Assembly (NCBI GenBank): GCA_951406725.2
Contig: OX597815.1
Span: forward strand, 109,616,001-109,680,000
Length of the DNA stretch: 64,000 bases
Direction: 5' to 3'
Source: Octopus vulgaris
Lineage: Eukaryota
Every line of letters starts with the position of its first letter. The stretch's first letter is position 1. Positions 41,241 through 60,290 of the stretch are shown piece by piece. The notes below the pieces were generated by a model, which had not been told where the DNA came from, searched no databases, and was given only the letters and a program-made list of their open reading frames with translations. The translations under genes were made by a program, and so were the position numbers.

Positions 41241-41688
41241 AAACCATAAAAAGTCGAGAGGTATGAAGGATGAATGTTCTAATTAACCACTTGACACCAT
41301 TAGGATTACGGTGGTTTGCAGCCTTCTTCATTTAGTAATAATTTCAGTGCGGAATAAAATTGTGTTTACGCGTTTGTACTAATATGTATGCTATACATTA
41401 TATAATATTTTCACAGAGCTGAATATACAACAGAGTTGTATCATTGGTGTAATCATAATATTCTGATGATCTAATGAGCTAGCTTTCTTTATTTGCACTG
41501 ATTTATGAATATACAATTGAATTGCGTAATGCATAGCATGCGTATTAATACAACCATGTACACATAATTTTATTCAACACTGAAATTATTACTGCTCGAA
41601 GAAGGCTACGAAACGATCGTAATCCTAAGGATGTCAAATAGTTAAATAAATATATACATCTCTTATACCCCCTAACTGTTTATGGTTT
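41241..41688. mobile_element. Fold-back element (~160-bp arms) with degenerate minimal hammerhead motif, probably Penelope-derived
   Basis: Arms 41241-41400 and 41527-41688 (AAACCATAAAAAGT... / ...ACTGTTTATGGTTT). The + arm has TCGAAGA-AGGCTAC-GAAAC-GATC-GTA at ~41596-41621. Confidence 0.7.
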
Positions 41689-42180
41689 GTATACCCCACA
41701 TGATGGAATTTCATTGATCAGTTCTTCTGGATTTAAGTTGCATGGACACAGTGCATAACACTTCTTTGTATTTCGTTACTACCTGATCTGATAGCCGGAT
41801 CCGTTAGAGGAACTTTCTGTGATAGCCAGAATCCATAGCTTATACAAGTTTATATACATACATGTGTGTATATATGTATGCATGTATATAAACTCAGATA
41901 CTCGATGTATGTGCATATACATACAGACACAGGCATCTGTCCACACGCACTGTCGCATACATACACACGCAGAAATATATACACCCACCACACACTGTCG
42001 CATCATTTTTCTGATGGACGAATTGCTTTTCCACCTTTATTTGATTTTTGATTTTTACTCATGTCCCTTTGTGTTTGAATTTCAATAACTGCACAGGGAA
42101 ACCCCACATTTAATCTTTTCAGGATCAATAAAGTATGTACCTGAGCTTTTTTCCATACATAAAATATGTAACTGAACTTT

Positions 42181-42319
42181 TTTCCGTTCGTTTGTGAGTT
42201 TTTTCGTTTACCTTGTAAATTTCTTTTTTGACCCTCTGAGTCATCATTCTCATTATGTATACATATATGCCTACATACATATATACATACATATATGCAT
42301 ACATACATACATACATACA

Positions 42320-42353
<34 letters not shown>

Positions 42354-43407
42354 CATACATACATACATACATACATGCATGCATACATAAGTTGTGGGAT
42401 TGGTGAACGGCCAACATAAGCCGTAAATATCAATAGTAGCTTCAAAAAGAAAAGAAAAGCCAACAGCTGTTGCTAGTCTTCTTGACCTCTATCTCGGGTT
42501 CACTCTACTTGATTAAACTTCGATTTTGTCTTCCAACGGATCAAGATTCAACTAATGTTTTGCTTTGACACTTTGAGCCTAGGACCACATTGTACTCTAA
42601 GACTGTACTCTAAGGTGAGATTTTCAGGATGATTAGGTTATGTTTCGCAGGTCGAAAGTGTGCACAAATACTCTCTCTGTCCCTCTGTGACCTACCAAAT
42701 CATTTGAGCTGCAGCGGCAGCATAAAATTAACTAATGTTTTGTTATTATATAAGGTTGAATTCAGCTCTACATGTAATATATGTTTACAATTCTGATTTC
42801 AATTCTCAATTCAAATTTACACGTAATGTACCAATAGAGTTGTGAATTGGATTCTACGTGTAACATATGAATACAGATTATGAACATGTAATATATGCAT
42901 GTATTCAACTACAAGTAATATAAAAATGTGAAGGTGAATTCATCTCTACATTCAATGTAATAGAAGGATAATTTGAACTCAACACATAATGTATGCGTAT
43001 AATGCTGAATATAGTTCTACGTGAAGTGAACATTAAGTACACGCCTTTAAAGAGTAGAGTTTTAATAGCGGCCATGCTAGCAATCTGGCTTATGAAACCC
43101 GAACCAATCAAGCATGTCTTATCACTGAAGTATTTAATGAATTTGTCCCTTTAATATTTTCCACACTTCCGCAAGTTGTTTTATAATTTAACTCTAGGGA
43201 TACATGAGAATTATTATAATAAAACTTAAGCTTAAATATACTATAACATACAATACAGAAGCTATATGTAAGGAACATGCACAAAGGCACTATATGTATC
43301 ACTATATACATACATACATACATACATACACACACACATATATGTATATATATATATATATGTGTGTGTATGTGTGTGTATATATGTATGTATATATGTG
43401 TGTGTGT

Positions 43408-43462
<55 letters not shown>

Positions 43463-43909
43463 TCTGTGTGTGTCTGTGGGTGTATGCAAATGTATGTAAT
43501 GATCGTAAATTTGTGGTAAAAAAGCATTACTTCTTTGCGGATAAACATTTTCTTCATTTTGTATATCCCTGGATCTCCCAGTTTGTCATTCTAATAACAA
43601 TTTATTTTGAAGAAAGTATCATGTCTCTCACTATTCTTACCTAAACAATCCCTGTCCGTGTTCGTTTCTTACCTTCGCATAACTGTCCCCCCCGCCCAGC
43701 TAAACATGTTGCTGACACAGTCAAATTGAGCTATATTGTCGAAATGTGTCGAAACAGTGATGATGTTTAGCCGATAGCTGATACGGTGTAAAGTACGTTT
43801 CCGTTCGTTTGTGAGTTTTTTTTGTTTATCTTGTAAATTTCTTTTTTGACCCTCCGAGTCATCCTTCTCATTATCTATACATATATGCCTACATACATAC
43901 ATACATACA

Positions 43910-43943
<34 letters not shown>

Positions 43944-43990
43944 CTGACATACATACATACATACATACATACATACATACATACACGCAC
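42181..43990 (+). repeat. Dispersed direct repeat of ~100 bp plus (TACA)n tail at 42181-42380 and 43798-43990
   Basis: TTTCCGTTCGTTTGTGAGTTTTTT.GTTTA.CTTGTAAATTTCTTTTTGACCCTC.GAGTCATC.TTCTCATTAT.TATACATATATGCCTACATAC at both sites. Confidence 0.8.
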
Positions 43991-44819
43991 GCATATATAC
44001 ATATATGTATGAATGCGTTTATGCATGCATGTGTGTATGTGTACACATGCATATTTGCACTTTCATATATATTATGCCCATGCATATATATGTATATGTA
44101 TGCAGTTCAAAACTCTACGTCACATTTTAGTGACGGTGAATTATTTCCTTTTTGGCTGTGAATTGCGTCTAGCCACTTTCGTTATTTTATATATATGTAT
44201 ACTTATATACCCACACATCTGCATATGTACACATAGGTACATTATATATAAACAGAGAGACCTGTATGAAAATATGTGTTTGCATGTAGATAGCTACGTA
44301 TGCATGTATATATGTACTTATGTATGTATCCATGCATGTATGTATGTATGTAGTTACTTAGATAGGTAAGTTGGTAGGTAGGTAAGTAAGTAGGTAGGTA
44401 GGGAGGTAGCATCCTATATTCATGCATAAAGAAACATCCACAAATGTATTGCAAATTGTATAATATTATACTCCATCATTTTTAACAAAATTCAGACTGG
44501 AAAATATTTACTGTTCATTATTTTCGTAGCTGAACTTTTGCAAAGTCTCTCAAGAAGCAGTAAATATAGACTTGTAAAACCAGTGATGTATTTAAAAAAA
44601 TTTTTTAAATAAAATAAAAAGAAAGAAAGAAAAGGTCACAGACATAAAATATTCTTTAAAACTAAATTCTTACCGAAGTGTACGTAAAAATCATACAGAA
44701 TAATTAAAACTTGATTTGTGTCTCAAAAAATAGTGAACAAAAAACAAACAAAAAAAGTGACGTTTATTACCAAGGTAGGTTTTACAAATTTTATCAATCT
44801 TAACTCCAGAATTTTTAAA

Positions 44820-44840
44820 CTACTACTGCTACTACTACTG

Positions 44841-44895
<55 letters not shown>

Positions 44896-44926
44896 AACAA
44901 ATACTACTACTACTACAACAACTACA

Positions 44927-44961
<35 letters not shown>

Positions 44962-44962
44962 C
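44820..44962 (+). repeat. (CTA)n microsatellite
   Basis: Directly visible. Confidence 0.95.
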
Positions 44963-45639
44963 ACTCTTTGCTGAGTTAGATAATGTAAAAGGTGTTTAAT
45001 GAATGGAAAGATAATGGTAAAGAAAAAAGAAACGAAGGCAAAGATCATAAGGAAAGATCAGAGAAGAGTTAAATAAGAGTGATTTTATAGATGGAAGATA
45101 ATGGAAAATATTATATGATAGATAACGTAGAACAGCAAGTGAAATCTTATTCCATTGATGTGTTGTTTGCTGACTTGTTCTGTAGTTTTAATAAATTAAT
45201 TTCTTGCAGAGAGGTAAATTATTCATCTGTCTAGAACATCTTATATGTAGAACTAAAAGCATGAGAGAACGAAAGGAGAATTACATCAGCAATAGAAGAA
45301 AATATATAAACTAGATACACAAGAAATACGTAAGCAAGCTTTTAAACACTCTCACACAAACCACGAACATGCGTCCACTTGTAAGCATACACAAACGTAG
45401 GTGTGCACACAAAACACATGTGACAAAAGTGAGATACTCGACGAGAAGGTCTCACAAATTCGGAAATTCTGATCATAAAATTTCTCCCAAGACATCAATT
45501 AAAAGAAATCTATCTTCAAACAAGAAAGTAATAAAAAAAACAAATGGGGAAATAAAAAAACACGAAAAAATTATAGATGCATTCAGGTCAAGTATGCTTC
45601 ACAACTTACTATCAAAAATCTGTCTCTGTCTCCGACTGA

Positions 45640-50720
<5,081 letters not shown>

Positions 50721-50852
50721 TATGAAGAAGAGAATGCGTAAATAATGCTCATATAACTTGTTTGCTATTTTAGTTGGTTTCTTCCTCTGCATTTTCGTCT
50801 GTGCATGTGGATACTGGATTTGAAACTCTTTCTACAAGAAATTCTTTTCTAC

Positions 50853-51046
50853 TCTAGGCACAAGGCCCAAAAGTTTTGGGGTGTGGGGTCAGTCGATTAA
50901 AACGATACCGGTATGCAACTGGTATTTAATTCATCGATTCCGAAAGGATGAAAGGCAAAGTCGATCTCGGCGACTTTGCCTTTCAGAACGTAAAGACAGA
51001 CGAAATACCACCCGGCGTGCTAACGCTTCTGCCAGATCGCCGCCTT
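50853..51046 (-). mobile_element. Family-C SINE, minus strand
   Basis: CGAAAGGATGAAAGGCAAAGTCGA and CCGGCGTGCTAACGCTTCTGCCAG are reverse complements of the family-C core and head. Confidence 0.8.
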
Positions 51047-51847
51047 CTTTGTACAAGAAATTATGACCATAAATGATTATCCGTTGCCTTTCAGAAAATA
51101 TGTATCAGTGCGCATGTTCCTTTTTCCAGAGGACAAAAAAAATGATGCTCCAGTGAATATTTTCGCGAACAATGAATACTGCAATATTCTTCCTTTGAAG
51201 TCACACTCTTCAACTTGACAGGGTCGATAAATAAACTACTAGCTTTGTACAGAGATCGGTTTATCTCTTTGACTCTTTATCTGCCTCACTATCTATTTTT
51301 CTTTTCTTTCTTTTTGTCTTTCATTTTTTCTCCCCCTCACCCACCCTCTCGCTCCACATACACAAACACATATTCATATGAATCGGTTACGTTATATTAT
51401 GAGGAATGTCATGTGGAATTAATCATAATATTCTTTCCTCCGGAAATGGAGAATGAAGTTGTTAGTATCCAGCAACTTCTCATCATAGAGTAACTTATGC
51501 TCCTGGAACAAGCAAAACTGGCTTCAAGTGCTGCAATAAATGAAAAGAAAGCACTACATTACGTTTACTAGAAAGATATTATATTGTTTCTTCCCAACCT
51601 GTTTCACTGTTGTGGTTTTCAGTTATCTCTTCATTGGATGATCCGAGTACAATTGTATATTTGATCGCGACGAGGTATTTCCTTGATCCCGTTGCGATCA
51701 AATACTTTGTTGCCTTATGCTAGAGATCAACATTAGTAGCCAAACCACTGTAATGGAATTAGATTGGATAATTGTAATCTACTTCGAGATCGAAACTCAA
51801 CAGTAGCAGTCGTACATTTAACTGCATACCTAAAACATAATTTTTCT

Positions 51848-52014
<167 letters not shown>

Positions 52015-52032
52015 CATATGTATATATATATT

Positions 52033-52403
52033 GTGGAGTTGCAATGGCCCTGTGGTTAGGGTAGCGGACTCACGGTCATAGGCTTGCGGTTTCGATTCCC
52101 ACACCGGGCATTGTGAGCGTTTATTGAGTGAAAACACTTAAAGCTTCACGAAACTCCGGCAGGGGCTGGTGGTGAACGCTGCTGCACACTTTGATCACAA
52201 CTTTCTCTCACTCTTTCTTCCTGTTTCTGTTGTACCTGTATTTCAAAGGGCCAGCCTTGTCACACTCTGTGTCACGCTGAATCTCCCCGAGATTACATTA
52301 AGGGGTACGCGTGTCTGTGGAATGCTCAGCCACTTGCACATTAATTTCACGAGCAGGCTGTCCCGTTGATTGGATCAACTGGAACCCTCGTCGTCGTAAC
52401 CAG
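52033..52403 (+). mobile_element. tRNA-derived SINE, same head as 6283 but a different 3' tail
   Basis: The first ~180 bp align with 6283-6470, then the tail diverges; the tail recurs at 60405-60550. Flanked by (TA)n. Confidence 0.85.
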
Positions 52404-52405
52404 TA

Positions 52406-52460
<55 letters not shown>

Positions 52461-53194
52461 CACACACGATCACATGTAAATATCTACATATATGCATGCA
52501 TATATATGCATATATATATATATATGTGTGTGTACGTAAGTGTTTATTTATAAATACCAGGCTTCGGTTGACCCAAGGCTAAAATATACTTCTTAAAAAT
52601 TCTAACCGATTGGATCGAACACGGGCCTTCATGACAGCATGGCGCGAACGTACACGTGCACACACACACATACATACACACATGTACACGTACACACTGA
52701 AGGACGAGTGTATGTGAATGTGTGTGTGGGGGGCGTTAAATATATTCATCTATAATTATATACATACATTTATAAATGTACGTATGTAATTGAAAAGCAA
52801 GCAAATGTATAGAATAACGGTTCACTGCTTCCCAACGTTTCATCCTTGTGCCGCGTCTTCTAGTACTGAGATTAGCTATTTTATTAAAATAAAGAGCAGA
52901 ACTAAACTCATATGAATATTTATATGTTTAGTCTTTACAATTTAAATGGATCGCCCTCTATCTGATTGTGGGTACGTATGTATGTATTCTGAAATATATA
53001 AATACTAAATACATATACACTTATATATTCACTTACGCAGAAAGACACACGCACGCACACATACACACATACATACACACACACACATATATATATATAA
53101 ATAAAATGGATGTGCATATAAGTATACATATGTATAAATGTATATACATATGCGTGTGTCTGTGTATATGCAGATGGAGAGAGAGGGACAAACA

Positions 53195-53535
<341 letters not shown>

Positions 53536-53559
53536 TAAATGCGTGTGTACATATAGATA

Positions 53560-53730
53560 TATAGGGAGAATTAAAAACAAAAGGCGAAGACAGGTGGAGT
53601 AGACAACAAACAAATATATTAGTTTAACGCTCGGGAAGTGAAAAAGTCTTTAACGTTTCGAGCTTACGCTCTTCCACAGAAAGGAACAAGGAGAGAAGAT
53701 AAAGAATGTGTAGTGGCTAGCGATCTGCGT
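53560..53730 (-). mobile_element. Dispersed repeat (PLE pLTR-like) with hammerhead-like motif; same family as 21941-22190
   Basis: Minus strand reads CTTT-CTGTGGAA-GAGCGTAAGCTC-GAAAC-GTT-AAAG and aligns with the 22-kb copy. Confidence 0.6.
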
Positions 53731-55756
53731 GTGTATGTGTGTAAACACCGCAGTAACAAAGACATAGTTATGTTCCATGCGTCGTTTCATTAAGAAATTC
53801 ATTTTCTTTTTTCCTGCAGTATTTATGTCCTTTGGATCCCAAGAAACTGTATATATTATATCCAATATATGTCCACATATATGTATGTACGAAGATATAC
53901 ACAGACATACGCAACACATATTTATATATATATATGCACTTATATGTGTGTATTTGTATAAGTACGTATCTATCTATTTATATACCCTTATTTAAGTATA
54001 CTCATTTAAAGGTAGTATTCAAAAATGTCTACTTATCTCTGACTCCCATGAGTTCGACATTCCAAAGTTAATATGTGTTAAGTACTATATACATGTTCGT
54101 ATATATCTCAGTAACTAAGATCTGTTTTATATGATTTTCGTATTGTGAATAACAACTTCTCCAATCGATGTTTTTTCTCTACTTATTCCAAAAACTTACG
54201 CTTACTTTCTATCCAACTTCACCTAATTTATGCATTCATCTCTGTTTAAAGCAAAATTAGTAATAATCTTTTCATTTTTATTTTAGAAATTTTTTCATGT
54301 AACGTCCTGAGTTGAAACTCCGTCATCCTTTGGGTTACGATAAAATCATTTACTAGCAGGCTACTAATTCGATTTAATTTCCTATGGCCCCAAATTTCAA
54401 CATTCTTAGATGCAGTTATTATTGTAGAGAACTCTATAAAACGTTGACGTACAATTATTTTGGTAGCTCGTTATGTCCCTGTACGTTGTCAGATAGAATC
54501 TTGCTGGTATCGATTTTACTCTTCAATCTACCCTGGTTGATATCCTTTATTCGAAGTACTTTGGTAGATATAATTAACTATACCCCTCCTATATTTTTGT
54601 ACCTAATTCCCATGTTCATGTCTTGCTCAATTTTTGATTGGTCAGATTAAAGCTAGTTCGATTCTTGTGGAAGGGGCACTTTCCACGGGTCAAGCAGTCT
54701 AACTACTGTCAATACCCCCTGCACGATTATTTCAGTATGTTCTATTTGGTGATGTGCAGATATGCTCTGAGACTTTGGCTTCTGCAAATTATTCAAGCAC
54801 TTTAATAGTCATATTTTCCACAGCTCGTGTCTTCGGTGAAGCTGGTATCAGGAATGTTGACAAGCGTTTACCCCCTCTGTAAGCATTTGACAACATATGC
54901 TGACGCAGAAGTTCCACCAATTGCATTACTCGTTGGCTAATGCACTTGGCAGAACTTCCGCGCTAGCATTTTAAGTAGACATATTGGCGAACAAGGCTAA
55001 TGTAAGTCTCACTGAAATCTTCAACAACGTAAGAATGTATTTGCTGATTTATTCTGGAAAAAACTTCGGCCTGGAGTTGTATATAGAAAACTTCCAGAAT
55101 CTTTCAGCATTGTAGTGCTACTGGTGCCATTATCGATTCGAACTAAACTTTACAGACATACAATTTGATTTTACCGGAGCTGTCCAAGATGCATAAGGAG
55201 CGACAAAACTGTTCTCCACGCACTCGAGTGATCGAGGATTACTCGCACACAGTTATTCAAACAGCTTGTTTCGTGACCTTATCTATCCGCTGAGTCCAAT
55301 TTGAAAATTGATCCGTTACTGTTCGTTGGCTGGGAAGAGCAAGACATTTTTCTCATTTTGATGGCTTTGGGCTTGATTGAAGGAACTGAAGGCAAGTAAT
55401 TTCCTAAAAGAAGGAAATCAAGCTGGAGTAGAAGGTGATGTCTCGACCTAGAGAAAATTTGGTAACAGCTGGGTGTAAATGGCGAGCATGGCCTCACAAA
55501 ATTAGCTCAGTTTTCGCATGTGCATGTGTGAAAATGATGACAGGTAAAAGAGAACACTTCTTAATAGTCAAGGTATTTATGGTTGTGTGAAGTAACTTGA
55601 ATGAAACTATGTATTATAGAAATATGGTTACTGTGTTCTTTCATACATTTTTATCATTCATCTGATTTTGATATACTCCACCAATTTTTAAAACGTGTCC
55701 TAGTAATGTCCCTTCAGCAGTGACCCTTAGTGATCATAGTTTTTATCAATATTAAT

Positions 55757-55757
55757 A

Positions 55758-55818
<61 letters not shown>

Positions 55819-56358
55819 TCTCATACTTTATCACATGCTTTCACTGCCCTACAAAGCGCAAGTCTGTGAGCTTGGATATGTGTTGTGGTTTGCGCTCTGG
55901 TGCTGTTCTAAAAGTGCTTTACGTAGGATGCACGCGGTGACTAGCCGTGCTATTTTCTGTGTGTCACACATATCTGTAAGTTCTGATATTTCGGTTATGT
56001 GTTAGTCTGCTTGCGTTTTTTAATGCACCAATTATTAAAGAGATTGTTTATGTTTTTAGGTTTCAAATTCGTAATATCTCTATTTCTAGATATCTGTATC
56101 CTGAAATTTTCATTGGCATCTGTTGCGATTGATATATCGATTAGAATACATTTTTCTTTGGTGGTCACTGACAACTATATCTGACCTATCGGCCTTGCTC
56201 TCTCTCTCTATTTGTGTGTATTAGCATATAAAAGATTATGACTGCTTTGCTATTTTTCTGAGACCTTTTCTGGAATCTGCTGGCATAGCTTCTAGTGTAT
56301 ATAGGTCCCAACTCTGTCATGTTTGGGTATATATTCTTCACAAATAGCTGTGGATGTT
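55757..56358 (-). mobile_element. 3' fragment of an R4/Dong-like (restriction-like endonuclease) LINE ending in (TAA)n
   Basis: Minus-strand remnants HDRVGTYIH*KLCQ..IHTNRESKADRSDIVV..LIDISI..YRYLEIEI..IGAL..TQKIARLVTACILRKAL match the RLE-domain pattern (RHD..RPDIVV..LID..KY.DL..IGALG..IQK.ALLGTA.ILRK). A short 3' UTR then a (TAA)n array follow. Confidence 0.8.
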
Positions 56359-56543
56359 ACTTTTACCTTTTTTATGTGTAGCAGCCCAAAAGCTGTGGCC
56401 ATGCTGGGGCACCACAATTATTTAAGTTTTTTTCATTTTTGTCTTTTTAGTTATTGGTTTTAAATGTTTATCCGTATTGTTTGAATAGATACATACATCG
56501 GCAGAAATCTAAGTAGAAGTGTATGTGGGATATGATTAATTGC

Positions 56544-56624
<81 letters not shown>

Positions 56625-56799
56625 TGGTTGATTGATTGATTGATTGATTAAATATCCTTTCAATACTGCCTATGTGGATTTTTATCTCTTCTCAAGAATC
56701 AATGTTTCAGTAAAGTGCAGTTTTTAAAATAGCGGTATAATTCCCAGGGGTGCTGCTCGTTATTATCCTTAAGGCAATGAGTTTCTAGAATTGTTATCA

Positions 56800-56950
56800 T
56801 GTTCAACATCATGGTTAGCGGCATTTCTTCCGACTCTTTACGCTCTGAGTTCAAATCCCACTGCAGTCAACTTTACTTTTCATCCTTTCGGGGTCGATAA
56901 AACAAAGTACTAGTCAAGTACTGAGATTGCTATATTCGAATATAAACTTG
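56800..56950 (+). mobile_element. Family-C SINE, decayed
   Basis: CTCTGAGTTCAAATCC...CTTTCATCCTTTCGGGGTCGATAAAA-like core. Confidence 0.7.
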
Positions 56951-59414
56951 CTGGTAGTTGTTGTAATCATCGTCATAACAGCTGGGGGTTTTTTTTTGTT
57001 TGTTTATTTATTTTTTTTTTTTTTTGTAATATAGTCACAAAACTTCCAATATGGAGATAGAGCCAATTTGATTTAAATTCATTCCTATGATTGCCTGAAG
57101 GATAAAAGCTAACTTCCAACTCAGCAGGGTTGGAATCTGGACCGTAAAAATTCGCTACTACACACTGCAATACGTGTTGACCATCGTTCTCTCGGTTCCG
57201 CCCATCTAATCGCCCTCTATTATGGCTGCTATTACGACTCATTTGTTTCAATATATTCTCTGTCTGCGGATCCTTAAATTGCCACAAGAGCCGTATAATA
57301 ATAATTGCTAAAATTCATATATTAATAATTGATTATTTACTATATTTTTGTATATTTTTGTTATATTTTCTGATATTAATTTTATTCACTTTTATAACTA
57401 TTTATATATTTGTGCGATTATTTATACAGCGTTTCCCTGTGGTACTTCCTGTCATAAAATTACGCTTGTTAAACAAGCCACGAGTCTTTGTCACAATGTA
57501 GGATTCCCCGCTGTGCTTATTGTGGAGTGTTTGCATACACCAACTCAAACACTTAAAGCAGCGCATGCTTACGAGAGAGTCTCTATGCGATCATTTAATA
57601 TACTCGAGATAGGAACAAAATATTTTGCTATGGATGGCTACCAAATTTTAAATTATGTTATTGTTGTTGTTGCTGTTGTTATGGAACCTCGGTGAGCTAC
57701 TAAAATTTAATGTCGACGAAGATTACCAATGTAATTTATACATACACACACGCACACACACACGTATATACACATATATACATTACACACACAAACACAC
57801 ACTTATATATATACATACACACATATATACATACATACACACACACATATATATGCACACACGCATATTGTGAGTGCTCTATCCTCACAGATGATTGTCA
57901 TTGCTCTCTCCTCAGCAATGATTGTCGTCTCTTTGCCCTCTCTTTTTGTGAATGGCATTGGTGACTTTCAGTCTATGACCTCTCAGATAACGACTATTCA
58001 GTCTCTTTGCAGGTCTGCATGGTTTGAAACAGAGGTGATAGATGAAATTTACAACTGACTATGCACTTCCAACTGGTTGGCCGGGTCATGTCAAACTGCC
58101 ACTCATTCTGTGGTTTTACTGTGCGCCCTAACACTAGCGAAGGCTATTACTGTGCACCCGAATTCAGATGGATTGCCATCACATATGCTAGTTAATACTG
58201 AACTGGGACACTGACAGGTATTACTACTCACAGTATATAAAGTAACATTATCTGGGAAGCAGATACACCGGTAAGACACTATTATAAGAAAGTTTTAAAA
58301 TGTTATCGATAAAGCTGGATAAATTACGAGATCCGGTGTGGCTAGAAGTCGGTTGACCAACGATTTGTGAATGACATTTGGAAGACGGAATATTATAGAA
58401 GCCTTGTGGAAGTTCCATATGTTTCCATCATACAATGACCAGAGAAACAACAAGTCAAAGAAGGCACTGCTAAAAAAGTCAGCCAAATCACGTGTTAACA
58501 TTTTCGAAAAGTAGTCATAATTGGAATAATTATGGCCCTACAAGAAATGAACATATGCAGTGCCCATGGTTTAAACAGCCAGTGATGAAGACTCACTTCG
58601 GCGTAAGCAGCAGCAACAAGGATAAGAAGTTTCATAGAAAAATCTTACTGCAACACAAGAACGAACAATATCCATAACCGGACTGTAACCACACAGCAAA
58701 TATAATACTAAATTAGGATTTGCTAAATATACTGAGGTACCCTCAGCAGGAAAACTAATTAATGGAGTGAAACAGGAAAAGTTATTTAATTAAAATTATA
58801 TCCGCAACTAGGAGAAAGAATCAAGTGCTTAGTGAAAAATTCTGGTGAAGAAATATGGAAAAAAAATCCTTCAGAATTATGATTAAAAGGCGATGTATTT
58901 GTGAGTGAGTTTGAGTTTGGTTACGCAGTGATAACTCTATACTTGTTTCAGTCTTATTGAAGCTTATCCGTAAATAACTTTTTTTGTGGAAACAAATTAA
59001 GCTTTAGATGTTTGCTAGAGTGCTAAGCAACAAACACGGCAAAAGAACCGGGCAACCAATAACCATATCTGGACGTTATAGGTATTCTTAACAAGCCAAT
59101 AATTATAGAAATGCAGCACAATTCCACCAACTCTATGAACACTGCATTATACTAAACCTTGGGACACCACACTTACTCTAGCCAATCGTAGACATGTTAC
59201 ACACCACATAATATTGCATAAATTTTACACTCGTGTTTTCAAATATGAAAATTACTTTACATTCATATACAAAAGTGCCATGTATAAACATATACACATA
59301 TGAACATATATACTTAAACACCTAAAATTTTTTTTTAAATCATATACTGTTACTATTACCATATATATTCCATAATCTCACGTGATTTTCCACTGTACTA
59401 ATGTTTTCGAGGTA

Positions 59415-59610
59415 CGAGGGGTGCTGAAAAGTTCCTGGCTTTGGGTAAAAGAAAATACGATTATGGTTCTATTCAACACATTCCCCTCTTAGATGCACAT
59501 ACTTATTGCAGCAGTCCTTCAGTTTTTCTAAGCCCTGTAAAAGAATGCGGGAGGTTGGGCCTTTCGCAACATCCTTGAAGTTAAGAACTTTTCAGCACCC
59601 CACCCCCTCG
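59415..59610. mobile_element. Mariner-derived MITE (~200 bp)
   Basis: TA-CGAGGGGTGCTGAAAAGTTC... and ...GAACTTTTCAGCACCCC(ACCCC)CTCG-TA. The TIR starts with the same CGAGGGG as the 39-kb mariner. Confidence 0.85.
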
Positions 59611-60143
59611 TATGAGTAGAACTGTCTGATTGGAAATATAGAATTGTGCTTATAAGCTTCATATGTTTTGCTTAGTTGTGGAGATTGTTCGAACTTTTCT
59701 CTTGAAATTTACTGTTTCTGTCGCTTGTTATGAGAGCAGAGGATCTCAAGCAGTGAGCCATAACGTGTGTCGTAGATATTTTATAATATAATCTAAGTCT
59801 TTACGAAAGAAAATCAATAATATTACTCGAGCCTCTTGAACGTATTGTTCACAATTTTTGTAAACACAACTTTGCATGGGCGTATTCTTAAGAAGTTCGC
59901 TTCGAAGTAACGAGTCATTGGGTCGATCACGCCAAGTTAGCATCATGGGCAGGTGTCATTTCCCTTTACATTACGCAAATGAAACTAAATTGAGGGAAAC
60001 TGTACATTGATTCTGCCTGGATTTTACCTTAAAATTACATGCAGTTGTAGATTACCTGGACCAAATACACGGTAATTGAATGAACAGGTAATTCTGTTGA
60101 TTGAACAACCGTGTCCTTATTGATGAAACTGATAGATAGTCAT

Positions 60144-60290
60144 TTGAGGTCGACTTTGCATTTCATCCTTTCGGGGTCGATAAATTAAGTACCAGTTACG
60201 CACTGGGGTCGTTGTAATCGACTTAATCCGTTTGTCTGTCCTTGTTTGTCCCCTCTATGTTTAGCCGCTTGTGGGTAATAAAGAAACAGA
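60144..60290 (+). mobile_element. Family-C SINE 3' half, near-identical to 16190-16335
   Basis: GAGGTCGACTTTGC.TTTCATCCTTTCGGGGTCGAT.AA.TAAGTACCAGTTACGCACTGGGGTCG...AATCCGTTTGTCTGTCCTTGTTTGTC. Confidence 0.85.

Noticed and set aside
51420-51555. Possible minus-strand exon (two acceptor-like sites; EHKLLYDEKLLDTNNFILHFRRKEYYD*)
   Set aside because: No donor site and no recognisable homology.
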